From: Amoebophrya sp. A120
Taxonomy: Eukaryota; Protista; Dinoflagellata
Direction: 5' to 3'
NCBI GenBank assembly: GCA_905178155.1
Contig: CAJINV010000003.1
Coordinates: 9,989,979 to 10,053,978 of the forward strand
Length of the DNA stretch: 64,000 nt
This document shows positions 11,216 to 24,500 of this stretch, one piece after another. The position numbers and the translations under genes were made by a program. Positions within the stretch are counted from its first letter, which is position 1. The number at the start of each line of letters is the position of its first letter. Under the pieces are notes generated by a model. That model was not told the DNA's origin. It did no database searches and saw only the letters and a list, made by a program, of their open reading frames with translations.

Positions 11216-14200
11216 TTGAAACTGCAGAGCTTCACCTATGTAAAACTTCCACTGGGTAAGAACGGGCTTTCCGTGTGGTTTTCTTTTACGCCGATAGTAT
11301 CGGCGGAAATTGACACCGACATGCCGAGCAGGTTTTTGCAGAAAGTGCGCAGCTGTATAGACAGGAAGGATGGGTCGGGACAAGGTGAAGCCAGTCGGTC
11401 TTGCCTGGGCACGTGAGCATAGAAAATCGCTGCTCGCTGCGTATCAGTGAGGTTCGTGGAGAGTCTTCGGGAAAGTTGCTCGTTTTCGTTGAGAGTGTAC
11501 AGAGAGTAGTCTTTGCGTCGCGCGTGCCTTGTATGCGAAAAATAAGAGGCACCGGAAGTTGACACAGAGGAGGTCCATCAAGCGGAAAATGTCATCCGTG
11601 GTATGACATACACGATTCATTGTCAGAGTGACTCAACTCTTCGAGCAATTCGCTTCGGATGGTTGAAAGTGAGAATTGCCGCATGGTCGTTTTCGTTAGC
11701 CTCGATAGACATGCCAAGAAAATGCAAAAAAGATTGCTGACCTACTGTCCATAGATTAGTTGCCGCGCACAATTGACTGTAGCGCCACCATGATAGAAAG
11801 TGCGGCCTTCGGGCACCATCACGACCAAACTGGAGTTGCAGTGACGGCGCGCACAGAGGAGGCTTCGGGCTCGCGAGGGCCCCCGGCTGCTGAAAACAAA
11901 GGGAGTGGCACACAAAAGTCGATCGTTGACGTCGCAGAGGAATGTACGGTCTCCTTCGTTATTCTGCCCGACTATCCACAATATATTTGCCGCATTCGTA
12001 CACAAAATGCCGACGGTCCAGTGCCTGACTGACAAGATTCTGTTCGTATCTTCATCGTGTTCAGAACGACAACTATCGTTTTGCAGTTTGGAAAAATTTG
12101 TACTATCAACATAGATCATGATCATTCTGTGCGTGTGCGGGAAATATGTACTATTGCATGCCGAGCACTACGGGCAAACAAAAGTGCTCAAGCTGGACCA
12201 AACGATACGGGAAATACGAGAGGCCTTGGAGCGGGAGCTGGCCATACCAAACTATGAGAATGCGTAACTCCCCTTTGCCCTCATCTGTCGTGGAAAAGTA
12301 GAGATCCACGGATGCTAATTCTTCGAGTTTCAGCTGCGTTGTAGCCTTAGCTAGTAATTGTGAGCAGCGTAGTGCTCGGACTCGACAGCAGCAACCACTA
12401 CAACAATAGGTCAGCCAAGGGCCGGGGCAACCTAGAGACGAGCAACAGGCCCCGTCGTACACATAAAGCGCGCCTTAATGACGACAGCATGGGCGAAGAA
12501 CCATGGAGCTCTGGATGGAGACTACTACTCCGCTTCTCGTCGTTGGACTCACACACGCCTGCCAAGCTGAGCGACTAGAGCCTCCGCCTTTGCGGTCCCA
12601 CGGGGACACTCTTCAGCGGTTCAATCGCTCAGCAGACGGGGCGAAAGCCTCCGGCTGCGCTGCGCCCTGTTCCAGATTCCTTCGCGCCTAGTTCATATCC
12701 ATGAACCCCATCGGTTCCAACCAGGACCGACGGACGAGCGTGATCGCAGTAAGACCATCGGGGGAAAAGAGGCCGCTTCGCGGATCCCTAGAGAAGGCGC
12801 CGACCTAAGCTCGGCAGGGGCCGAATCACATTGCCTGCGTGTTTGCTGGTGATTGGAAAAGTGGCGCGCCTGCCACCTCGCAAAGCTTTCGTGGCTGCCG
12901 CCGCTGCGTCATGCCGGTGGGGCACTTGGCCCCCTGTGAAGAAACTCACAGTGGGGTGGCTGGGCTTTCGGGGGGTTCGCCGGTTGGCGTGAGAAACAGG
13001 GGGGCAGGCCCAAAAAGTGCTCGCGGCGAGGGGCCTATCGGGGCGGAGTTTTCGTAATTCTCCGCAGCGCTGCGCTTGCGCCCCCGGTGCAGCATACTGC
13101 TGGCGCCCTTACTCGGCGGGGGCGGCCCCGGAGGCTGTTTTTCTTTCGTTTTCTCCAAGGGCTGCCTCGCACTACCGCCGCCCGCGCGCGGGCTTTTCCG
13201 CCAACGCACTGGGGCGCGCGCTCTGCGTTTTCTTTGTGCGCGCGCCTCCTAGATCACGCGCGCGCAGCTCTCGCCTTTGCCCCGCCCGGCCCTGCTTTGC
13301 CCGGCGGGCCGAGTGCCGAGGCGGCCCCGCGTCTTTTGGCCGCTACCGCGTTCCCCCGTGGAGCCCAGATAGCTGCGCCCCCGCTCGGACCTGGCGGACG
13401 CTCGGGGGGGGGGGCGCGCCCTCTCGATTCGCCCGGGCGTAGCTCCTGGCGCCCTTTCATGACCTTGCAGCCCCCTTCTGCGCCGGGCGTCTCGGGGCCG
13501 CTTTGCGTGTTTTGGAATTGCGCGCGCCGACGAAAGACTTCACGGTCGCGGAGCCCAACTACTCGGGCCTTTGTCCCGGACGCGTGCGCTCGGCATACGC
13601 CCGGAAGCCCACGCGGCGGGCTTTCCGGGCAAGCGGCGCCGCCATTTCCGACAAGAGGAAAAATAAGGCGGGGGTGGTTCGCTCACACGACACGGACAAA
13701 AATGCGGCTGGCACACTGGCTGAATTCTGCAAGAAGGGTCGCGCCAGCGGCGACTTCCTCGAAGCAAAAATCCCACAGGCGAGCAGCCTTGCTAGCAGTT
13801 GCGAACAACGGAGCGCCACAACTGGAGTTGCATGAGTAGACCCACCCGCAAGCTATCAATCTATATGAGCCAGGGCCTTGGTGCGCAAAAACCCGCCGGC
13901 TTGTGCGTATTTGCTTTGGATTAAGCGCGCCGAGCGGCCCGCTGCGGCCTCGGCGGGCGCTGTCCTTCGCGCGCACCGCGGAGGGGGGCCCTTGTGTGGG
14001 ATCCGCGGCCCGCTCAGAGAGCTTGCCGCGCCTTTTTTGCGTGCCGCCGTACTTTCCACGCGCGGCGCGCCCGGTAATTCCGCGCGCTTCGCTGTGCATT
14101 AGAGCCCTCCAAAGCCGGGCTGGTCCGGCCCCGTTCCTTGGAGTCTTTTTGCTCTTTTTTATTTGCCACTATTCACCCTCGGGCAAAGAAAAAAAATAGG

Positions 14201-15596
14201 CGCACGGCCCGCCTTCGGGGTGCTCGAAAATGGGGAACCGCGCGGGGGCCCAAGGAAGCCCCTGCGGTCGTGGGGCGGTCTTCGTTGCCCTGGGTCTGTC
14301 CTCTGCACTGCCACCGACTCTGGGAGCTGCGGCCGCGCTTTTTTCTCCACTGCAGCCAGGCTGGTGGCCTCAGTGAGTGCGTGTGTCGGCTTGGGTCTCC
14401 CTCAGTCGCGCGCCTGTGCAGTTTCTCTAAAAGCCGGAAGGGTCGTTTTCTCGTCTATCGGCAGACTTCGCCGACCCCGGTTGCCGCTCCCACTAGATCC
14501 AACGACTGCTGTAATTGCTGACTTTTCTCCAGCCGGGTCCCATCCTGTGCATTCGTGACCCTCAAATAGAGAGGAGGGCGGGTTGCGCAGTTTCATACAA
14601 GCAAGTCGCTCTCTATGATGCAGCTCACGGGCGTCGAAGGTGGTGCCGTAAGTGGTACACTGCAAGACACGAGAAGCCTGCGGCAGTACGGTGTTCGGTG
14701 ATAAAATGAAAAGCGCCCCGACCCCAGCGCAGACTGGCAAATACAGGAGGGGAGCGTATTTGGAAAGCTGCATGTGCAACGCAGAACATGATAGATTTTT
14801 AGCGACGCTCTGTGTTGCGCGGCGGCACAGAATCTATACATAGTATGCGCCATACCAGAGCGTCCCGGCACCACCGCTAGGCTATGAGACGAAATGGACA
14901 GTGTTTATTTTCTTCACGTGACATCGCTGTAGGTGCAGGTTCAGGTCTCCTGTATCAATCTGTACCTTCTTTGCTTCTTGCTTTCATGTGGAAAGGCGGG
15001 AGCAGCGCTTTTGCACGCGTTTTTATTTATCTGGAGCGTCGTGGGTCGCTCAGTAAACAGAAAGCGACACCAGGCTCCAAGTTCAGCCGCAGAGCAAAGA
15101 GGAAAGACAAAAACTGGCTACCAACTGATCCGACGAAAGCGCGGAAGCGCTTTTCCTGCCTGCTCTTGTTGTCGCTCGTATACTTTTTCTGAATCTGTTA
15201 AGGAGTGAAGTTTGGCCAGTTTCTGTCTGCAAAGTCGAAAATATAGCAAGTTGAAAGCTGTTGCTGAGTTTGTATACAAGCGACGCCGCGCTTGCGCAGG
15301 CCAAAGATTTCCGTTTGGACACTTTAAGTACACTTCTTGGGGAAGGGCGCTTTTTGGTATGATATCCGTCCCGGCAACCAGATAGGAATAGAACTCCGGA
15401 TCAACTATTATGAAGCTGCAGCGAGCAACTCGTCGTATTTATAGTCTCGACACAAAAGCAAAATCATGAGTCTTCTGCACGAAGTTTTGAAACAGAAACG
15501 AAGACTTATCAGAGGATAGTAAGTATGTTTTTCTGTCCGGCCGAAGCAGGAGAAGGGTAGGTTCCTGCTGCCTTGAAAAGCAAAACACTCATTCAG

Positions 15597-18500
15597 GTAT
15601 GTTATGCCGGAGGTTTTAAGTGTGACCGTTGCAGACGTCGAGGGAAGGCAAAGACAACTCACTGTTGCAGTTACGCAAGTCGCAGACGGATTTTTTTGAA
15701 CGGAGCAGGGCCTTCAAATTGATACAACATACCTGGTTAATATATGTGGGTTTACTTTTGGATGGGGAGCTAATAATTAAAAAAAGCGCACACGTCATTC
15801 CATTTTTTTTGGTAAGTCTTGAAAATTTAAGCTTGCTGATGTAATCAGAGGAGCAAATGGAAGTGCGGCAAAGTCATGCCTTGGAAGCTCTTTCTTAAAG
15901 CAACTCACGGACTTTTCATGAATAGAGTTTGCTTCGACACAACGAGACCGAGGCATGGGAAGTGCTGTTTTGAAGAAATCCCATCTGACCGACTCATAGC
16001 AATTGAAAAGCAACAAGCCGCAAAGCCCTATCAGGGTGGATATCGCCACAAGGCTTCGGGTAATTGAGAAACTCATTATTTGTATATCAGTCTGCTATAT
16101 AAAGTATCCGTTGGTGCTCTCCTTGAACAAAAATGCTTGCAGTTTAAATCAGTAATATTGATTACTTGCTGCCTGTAGCAGGAACCACAACCAATCCACG
16201 CGGCGTGGGCCGCGTGGGAAAAAATGCTCCTTGAAGGGTTAATTCGGTACCCGCGCCTGCATTGGTTTAGGGTTTCGGGCTTCTAAGGTTGAGGGTTTAG
16301 GATCGTCGGGCACGGGATACTCTTCCTGGCCCCCCTCCCACTCCCTGCGCGCCCTCTGTGGCTTTATCCTGTGCCCGTGCCTCCGCTCCCTCTCGCGCTT
16401 GCCTGGTGTTTCTTCTCGCCGACCCATGTGCCACCCCACGGCCATCGCTCATGTTGATGCTCTACGTAGCTGGTTGGGCTTTTGAGATTTTTTGGAAGTT
16501 GCTGAGGCCCTTCGGGTCGTTGGGATCGAAGGGTAAGGAGTTGCGATTCCTGTATTCCATCCCAATCCTTTTCTCTTGTGACCTCGGGAAGAAGCCGCAT
16601 GAGGCAGGAGGCGTCAGATTTGAAGAAAAAAGCGCGATCTTTAGATTGCAGTGGTTCAAAAAAAGGGCAAGAAAAACCAACACCTTTGAAGACGGGCGAG
16701 CCATATTGGGCTACTTTCATGCCTCTGCTGGGTACAAGGGGACGCCAAGAGAGGCCAAGCGCTATACTTTTGAAGCAAAAAGACGTCCTTTTGGTTGTTC
16801 TTGCTCTTTTAGGCCTCAGGCAAGATCCGGAAAAAGTGGGTCGCAAGATCCGAAAGAAGCCAAGGGCGGCTACAAAGTTGGCCACTGTTGGTCTTCTGCC
16901 GGCCGAGCGAGGTCCGGAAGAACGCAAAGAAAAGGGCCCGCTTCTACGATAGTGCGCACATTTGCGCTTGGGCTTCCTCAGAGGTGTTAAAAAATAAGTC
17001 GCTTGCGCATCACGAAAGCGCTCGCTTTTGGCCAGATCCAGAAGACGGCAGAGGAGTTGCTTTCTCGTTATAAAGGCGGCCACTCTTCTTGGCTCCCTGC
17101 GGAAGGGGTGATCCCGGAGGAAATTAAAAAGCCACTTGCTTCTTTACAAAAGTGGTCATTTGTGCCTTCTACTGGAGGGGCCAGAGCTGGAAGAAACCAA
17201 AAGAAAAGCGCGCCTGTCCTTAGAAAAGTGGGCGCCTCTGGAGTCTTCCAGAAGGGCCAGACCTTCCGGAGGCCCGAGAAGCATCCAGCCGCTTTAGCCA
17301 AAATGCGCCATCGAAAGTGCCGCGTTTCATTTTGAGCCTTCAGGAGATTTTAAAGGCTGGGCCTTGAGGAGGTTCAAAACCTTCTGAAGGGCAAAAGGTC
17401 GCGAGCTGCCGAATTTTCTGAAGGTTTTTTGGACCCAAACGTTTCAGAGGGTTGAGAGAACACCTGCAGAAGGTCCAGACCGCCTGCGGGGGAGAAAAAG
17501 AAGCTATACTCTTCCGAGACTTGACCCAGTTCTGTTTTTGTTTCGGTCATTTTTTTACGGCGCTCGAATGTTCACAAGGTTTTTGCCCGTCTTCATGCGG
17601 CACGCCATTCGAGCCGTGGGCAAATGTGAGCGCACACTCCCGATATATGATTCACTAAGCCTGTTTCTCCTTTTGGACCTCTGGCCGTTTTCCACTTATC
17701 TTAATCAGTACCCCTTGTTTGGTATACCAAAGCATCGCAAACGGAGCGCAATGGCCTTCCCGTTGCCACATGTGCGCAATTCGATGGCGTGCCATCGTTC
17801 AAAAAGCCGGCCAGTGCTCGTTCGGGGCGAAAAAGTGGATTGGAAAGGAGCCCCATTTTCTTCAAAGACAGCAAAAACAGGAGGCCTCCAGAAGTGGAAA
17901 GGCCAAAAAAGTCAAACTTTGCGGCTCGGCTTGCTTTGTTTCGGAAAAGGAGCAACGGCAGTTTGAACTACGGCTGATGGCGTGGAGCGTTGCGTGGCTG
18001 AAATGTTGCCACCCGGGAGGCTGTCTGACCGCTTCTGGGCCAGAATATGAAAAAGACGCAAACTCTCGAGTAGCACAAGCCACCCAAAAAGACTGCGAAA
18101 CTCGTGCCCGGACCATCGGCCGCTTACAAATTGAAGGCGATGCCTTTAGCTTAAAATGCTCACTCCGTTTGGAAAGTGCGACCCGGAAGAGGCCGCACAT
18201 TGTCCGGGCCGAAGCAATAAAAAGAACGCATTACTTCTCGGAGCGGACGCGTGCCCTTCCTGCCCAGTTTTCGGCCTCGTTGAGGGCCAGGAATTGCGGC
18301 GCTTCCCTTTCTTACAAACGCTTTACTTGGGCGGCCCAAAAGGACTGCCGGGAAACGCGAAAACTACGCAAATCCGTGGGATTCGTCGGCTTTTGCCGGT
18401 CCGCCTGCTCTGCTCGCGCATAGACCTTCGCGCTGACTCGGACGCTATGCGCGCTTTTGTGTATCAGCATCAGCCCTTCCGGCGCGACCTGCATAAACGA

Positions 18501-21500
18501 ACTCGGTATTGATAGTCTATTTCCATCTCCGTTTACACTTCTTCGCCATATTTCCCGTGTCTGAGAATATAACGCGCCTGCATTTCAGGCGTCATGTACC
18601 ATCACGGGAGCACTCAAACCGCCAGGCTCGAGTATGCGTTCGAAGAGGCCGTCTACTGCCGAGCAAGAAGGAGCAAGTTTATAGTGCGGCAATTTTCAAC
18701 TCAATGCGGTACAAGGTTCGTCCACGCCCTTACTCATGTTGCATGATCATTTGTTACATAGATAAGAAGACGCAAAGGGTATGCTTGCTCTTACGTGCCA
18801 GTTAGGAGCGCATCTTCCATATGATATTGAGGAGAAGGAGTATACAACCAAGTTTCACCGAGACACGCTATCAGACGAAGAGTGCGTGGCGTTTACAACA
18901 CTTTGCCACGAATACTGCACAACTTTTCTATATTTCAGGCAAAAAGTTTTTTTACCCAATAGATAGATAGATAGCTAGCTAGCTAGCTAGCTCTACCCGG
19001 CAGGAAGACAAAACTAGTTCTAAAAAATTATTTACCTTATGCGATCAACAGGCTCGAGAATTTGTCTTCTGAAGTCAAATGACTCAGCACGCCTTCTATT
19101 AAGTCCCCTAAAGTCTGGTCTGCTAATCCAGGCGGTGGCAATTATTTCGTGCCAGACTTCTAAACAAGTTTTCTTGCCTCTTGGCGGTAGTTTGTCTAAT
19201 AGAGAGCCCCCAGCTCGAGGCGGCGCCGGCGGCGCCACCTAGAACCCAGTTTGCGTCTTGGGCGGCGCCCCCAGGTTTGCGTGTTGGGCGATTTTTGAAG
19301 CGTAAAAAATTTTGGGCTTCGCGCGATTTTCGGAGATCAGAAAAGTTTTGGGCTTTGCGCGATTTTTTGAATTTTCAAAAAAGGGCGATAGTGCGAGGGT
19401 GCTAGAGCGAGGCGGACCGCAATCGAGCTTCCCTTCACTGCTAAAACGGGTGGCGTTGCGTCACTCGAGATGCCTGGCTCTCAATGCAATGCAATGCAAT
19501 GCAATGCAATGCAATGCAATGCAATGCAATGCAATGCAATGCAATGCAATGCAATGCAATGCAATGCAATGCAATGCAGACAATCGACCTTCAGGAACTC
19601 AATGACAGGACGAGGGCAGCTCTTCGAGCTCGCCTGACGCGGAGTTTTTGTCTAAGAAGCTCGCGCTGCATTGAATTTTCAAAAAAGTTTCGAAGTTTGC
19701 GAATTTATTCGAAAAATTTCAGAAATATTCAGGAGGTGGGCGAATGTTGGGAACTCGTGAATATTTTGGACATTGGCGAAGTTCGGAAAAGGCTGTGGAG
19801 ATAGGCACCTTCACAAACTCGAGCATATTTTTAATTTATGAAAGCGGGCAAAGTTCTTGCTCTACTTCTAGTTCGCAAAAAAATTTTTTAAGTTTGGCAA
19901 TTTCAACAGCCCGAAGATGTTTTGAAAGACAAAAAAAAGTCTGCAGCTGCGTTGCGCGATTTTCTTTCCCCGGGGCGCTCGTTCATCTTCCGCAGCGCAG
20001 CAATAGGAGACATATGCCATGCCTAGGCGACTATATACTAACTATATATAGTTCATCGTCACACTTAACTAGCCACGTACGCTTCGCGTTTGCCTGTAGA
20101 AATGTTAAAGAATAACGCAGCACAGGGCGCCAAGGAATAGAAGGACGGGGCAGTAGTCGCTCGAAAAACGAGAAAGAACTAGGCGCGGACGGGCTTCCCC
20201 TGGCGAAGCATGTCGGCCCGGCGCGCCGCGACCCGCAGGCCTGAATGATCTTGCCTGGCTGCGCCTTTCGGCGTGCCGGTTTGCTTCCGCAGGGGCCGTG
20301 GAAGTCCGCGTGGCTTGCTGCATGTCCTCCGTTTGCCCCTGCCTGCCTCGATCCGTCCGGGTTGCCGGAGGTGCCTGGCAGGACCCTCTTGGGGCCACTC
20401 GGCTTCGCCTGCATGCTGGGGCCCGCAGAAGACGGCGCCGCCAAGGCCTTCCGCCCTTATTGAGGCCCGGTATGTTAGGTGGGTCTATCTCCTGGCTTTG
20501 GCTTTTCATTCAGGGCGGCCGCGGTTCGGGTCGCGCGCGCAGCGCGAAAAGGTCGGTCTGCTCGTTTCTGCGGATCGCCAGCGAGATGGTACGGAGAAGG
20601 GGCGCGCGAGCGGAGGAAGTGGGGGGCGCCGCGATCTCGAGCGCCAAGGGTTGAAGCTAGAAACACTCGCACAGCAGACATCGGACGCGGAAGCAACTTG
20701 CAGCCCCAGGAGGGCACGTGCTGGCTTGTCACCACACATCAGAAGTCGCTAGCTTTCTGCGCTATTGTGCCTCCGCCGGCTTCCCGCCGGTGGGGCGCCC
20801 GACTTTTTTTTGCGATTGCGCAGCCAGTATGTGGTTGTAGGTCTGCGCATTTCCATTTGTTTCTATCTCGATTGGGAACCGTCTCTCCTGTGCCTGAACA
20901 AGTACCGGTCAATGCGACTAACGGAAAAGGCCGCGCTCTTGCGTCGTGCCATCGCCAAGAAAGCGACTGGCTTCGGAGCGAAATAACGCCCCACCTCAAC
21001 GTGCAAGAGCCATGGCGCACAGTATGGTGATCTAGAGGAGTGTTGCGCGTCGCAAATGAATTATCTTAGGCCTTGGCAAAAATATAGATTTGGATCTTGA
21101 GGGGCTCGCAGGGCAATTTGTAAAAGTCACGCCAAGTATATCGAAGAAAAAAACACCATCACAATCACAAAACTCAAATTTTCAAAATTTTTGACCATCA
21201 AAATTAAAATTTCGCTGGACTTTCGCGGCACTCCCGAACCTGTTGTATCTGGTTTTGAGTGTTGAGTTTTGCAGCAGATGATTTATGATATTGGCTATTG
21301 GCGGTAAGCTAGCTAGTTAAGAAGAGAGATTTCTGAAGACAATCGTTCAGCTTCCAGCAGACGAACAGTGGTAGATGGGGTTGTCGCCCTCTGGCCCCAC
21401 CTGGGGCCAGAGGGCGACAACCCCATCTACCAAGCTTCGTCTGCTGGAAGCTGATCGTTTGTCTTCAGAACTCTCTCTTAACTAGCTTACTCAAACCGCC

Positions 21501-24500
21501 ATTTTTGACATAACCAAATAGCTAACACAAAAATAAATACATTCGCATTCGAGAATTGAAAAGTATTTTCTTACCTGAAAATCAAAATAATTTTTTGTTC
21601 AGCTCCTGCAAAATTTTGAAAATTTGAATTTTGTGATTGTGATGGTGTTTTTTTCTTCGATAAAGTAGTTTGTGTCCTCGATACGCGCAGACCGTCGATC
21701 ACAGAACGCGCTCGGTTCAGTCAACACGGGAAACAGGCACCCAAATGCCAAAGAAAGGTACGACATACGGCCAGGCTCTGCGGCCGACAATATCTTGTAA
21801 AGCATGAGTCCACTTCTACGCTGATGAAGTGATAAGCTGCAAGTTCTTCGCGTAGCAAGCATATTTTTGATTATCTATGAGTAGTATCATGGTGGTATGT
21901 ACACGTAGGGAGGTCACGAACGTTGTAAGCTCGCGTCTTTTTTGCCATCTAGTGCGAAAAACGACCGGCAGTTTTGAAGCGGGCGGAGGTGTTTGCACAC
22001 GAAAAGCCACGCAGTTTTGAGCTGGCCGGGGCTTTGTTCCGAAACAAGCCCCCCCGAAATTGCAGCTATTGCCGTGTATAAAGACGACGCAGAGCAGGAG
22101 CCCAAAACAAAGTGGCGCCTTAGGGCCTGCCGATTCGAGGGGCAGAAAAAACAGCGGCGTGAAAACAAAAAACCAGCATGCTGTGGGCCTCATCTTAGCC
22201 CACAGTTGAAGACAAAAAAGCGGCCAGCAAAGTCGGCTACTTGTAGGGCCTGGAGCAGGCCAAAAGCAAACAACAAAAAAAGGACGCGCCGCCAAAAGCT
22301 GAATGCATGCTGACTGGGTGCTCACGGAGCCGGCCCGGGCGGGCGCCCGGGCGGGGCCATGGCTACCTTTTTTGTTTCCCAAGAGCCTCCTTTGTTAACC
22401 TTGTAACCCTCTGCGCGATACCCCGCGCACAGGCCCCCATTTTAACGCGAACCTTTTTAACGCGCAATGCCCAGCGTACCTTTTTAACGCAAACAGGCCC
22501 CCTGCTTAACCCTCTGCGCAATACCCCGCGCAGGATAGATGGTGATGATGATGATGATGATGATGATGACCAAGAGTTTACCGCTTTTCGCCCTGTGCCA
22601 AGAATCGAAGGCCAGGGCGCCGCATGTTCCAGGCCCGATTTCGGGCACCCAAGGGGTCGACGCTCGCGGAGGCCCAGCCTGGGCCACTGCAGGTGGGCCA
22701 GGTTTTTTCTTTTAGTTGGCATGGGTTTGCCGCCTTTCGCCAGAAACCGAAAGCCAGGCCGCGCACTCTTGGCAAGGTTTCTGGCCCTCATGGGGCCGCC
22801 CTCCTGGTGGCGGCTCAGCCGGGGCCAGGACCAGCCTGCGGGAAAGCGTTCTGCTTCTGAAAGCAGCTGGGGAGGCTATAAATCGCCTACTTCACTCGCG
22901 ATATTGATGGCGTGCCGCATCATGCGGAAGAATGATTTGCGCGAGGTCATGGCGGTCACAGAAGGACGCGGTCAAAGGCCGCGCAAAAAAACCGCCCTGG
23001 CCGCACTACCCCCCGAGCCGGCTACTACTAATAAAATATATTGGTAGCCAGTGGCGCCGAAAGAACGTGCGCCGGCGACTCTGTTGGCGTTTAGGTGACA
23101 AGCTGGGGGATTTGTCCTCTCTATGTGCTGAAGTCACAAGACTTCTACTTACTTAATATGTCTGGTGAGTTTTTTGCCACCGAAGCAGCAAAACGAGCGG
23201 CAGTTTGTGTGCGGCCGGAAGTCTTTTCTCCACATAGAAAGGCTGCGGCTTCTTCTAAGCTGGTAGGGCTTATTTGCCGCCGAATAAACCTGCCTGAGTG
23301 ATAATGTTAATTCTATATCCGCGACGTGAAAAAAGAAAAAGAACGCAAGGGCGCCGGCAAAAGTGGCGGCCTTGTGAGGCACCCACCGCCTGAGATATCG
23401 GCGGCTTGCGGCGCTCAAAAAGGGGCGCAAGGAACGCGCCAGCACGAGCGAAACAGGTGGGCCGCCTGGCGCGGGCAGGATTTCGGCGCATCTCCAAGGG
23501 CCAAAAGGGCCGCCATTAAGGCGGCCACCTGTGCGGCGGGCAGCAGGCCAAAAGCTGTGCGCTCTAGACGGAAAAACGCCCCAAATAATACAGGAGCCGG
23601 CAAAACCCGACAGCCGGCCTGCCATGCTATTGGCCCGACGCCGGGCGCTCATAGGTCTGCGGCCGGCGGAGACCCCTGCGTTTGGGGGCGACTTTCTTTT
23701 TTGAAGACAAACAGCCAGCGCGCGACTTTTTGGCCCCAATACTAACTTCCTGCCACGCCACGAAGACCAATATATTTATAGGCGCGGCGGCGCAGTTCTC
23801 GAGACAGAGAGCGCGACTGTTCCGCTCATTGCGCTGCGCGAAAAAGACAGAAGGACGGGCCGTAGCCAGCCAAACAAAAAAAACCGCACTGACGTCACTA
23901 CCCCCGCTGAGGCGGCGTAGTGTATATTGTAAATCGGCTTTTTTGGAAAAAACTGGTCGCGCGCGCTACCATAGCGTGACCGCGTGTCAGTCTCAACAAA
24001 ACAAAACAGGAGTGGTTTACGTGAGCGACGAGCACGATAAAGTGATCTCAGGCACGCGGTATTTCAGCAGTGCGGACCTTTTTGCGCTCAGACTCGAAAA
24101 AATCCAAGTCATACAGTGCCATGCTCGGGGTATGTTTGCACGGAGACGCGCGCGCATGCTAAGACAGGTGAGTACTATGCTATGTGCTTTTCTGTTCGCG
24201 GCTAAGACCGTAGCTATCCTACGAGACTCGAAGAGCTGCGCCCGCTAGGCCTGGCAACACAAACTTGCGCTAGAAGGAGCAGAGTTCACAGAGTTCCAGG
24301 GCGGGACTCGTTTTTATGGCGGGGGAGAGCACCTCCGACGCCGACCCCTCCTTTTGGTTTTGCTCCACTTCTTACATGCGTCAGCGTGTGAGAACGCATA
24401 GCACTGTCATTCTGGGGGGGGGAACCCCCCCCGTTCCAGCGCGCATTGCTGTGACCGTGTGAGAAGCTCCCCTTTTTTCATCCTGGGGGAGGAGACCCCC

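Noticed and set aside
11236-12462. Chain of minus-strand ORFs suggesting a gene or stop-codon read-through
   Set aside because: The ORFs are in different frames with no recognisable motif, and the recognised exons show no in-frame stops. This could still be an unrecognised gene, as could about 4.5-7.6 kb.
17293-17306. Partial minus-strand DinoSL match (CATTTTGGCTAAAG)
   Set aside because: Only 13 of 14 bases match, within a repeat; compatible with chance.
19312-19804. ORFs with MQCNA repeats
   Set aside because: Translation of a (CAATG)n microsatellite inside an intron.
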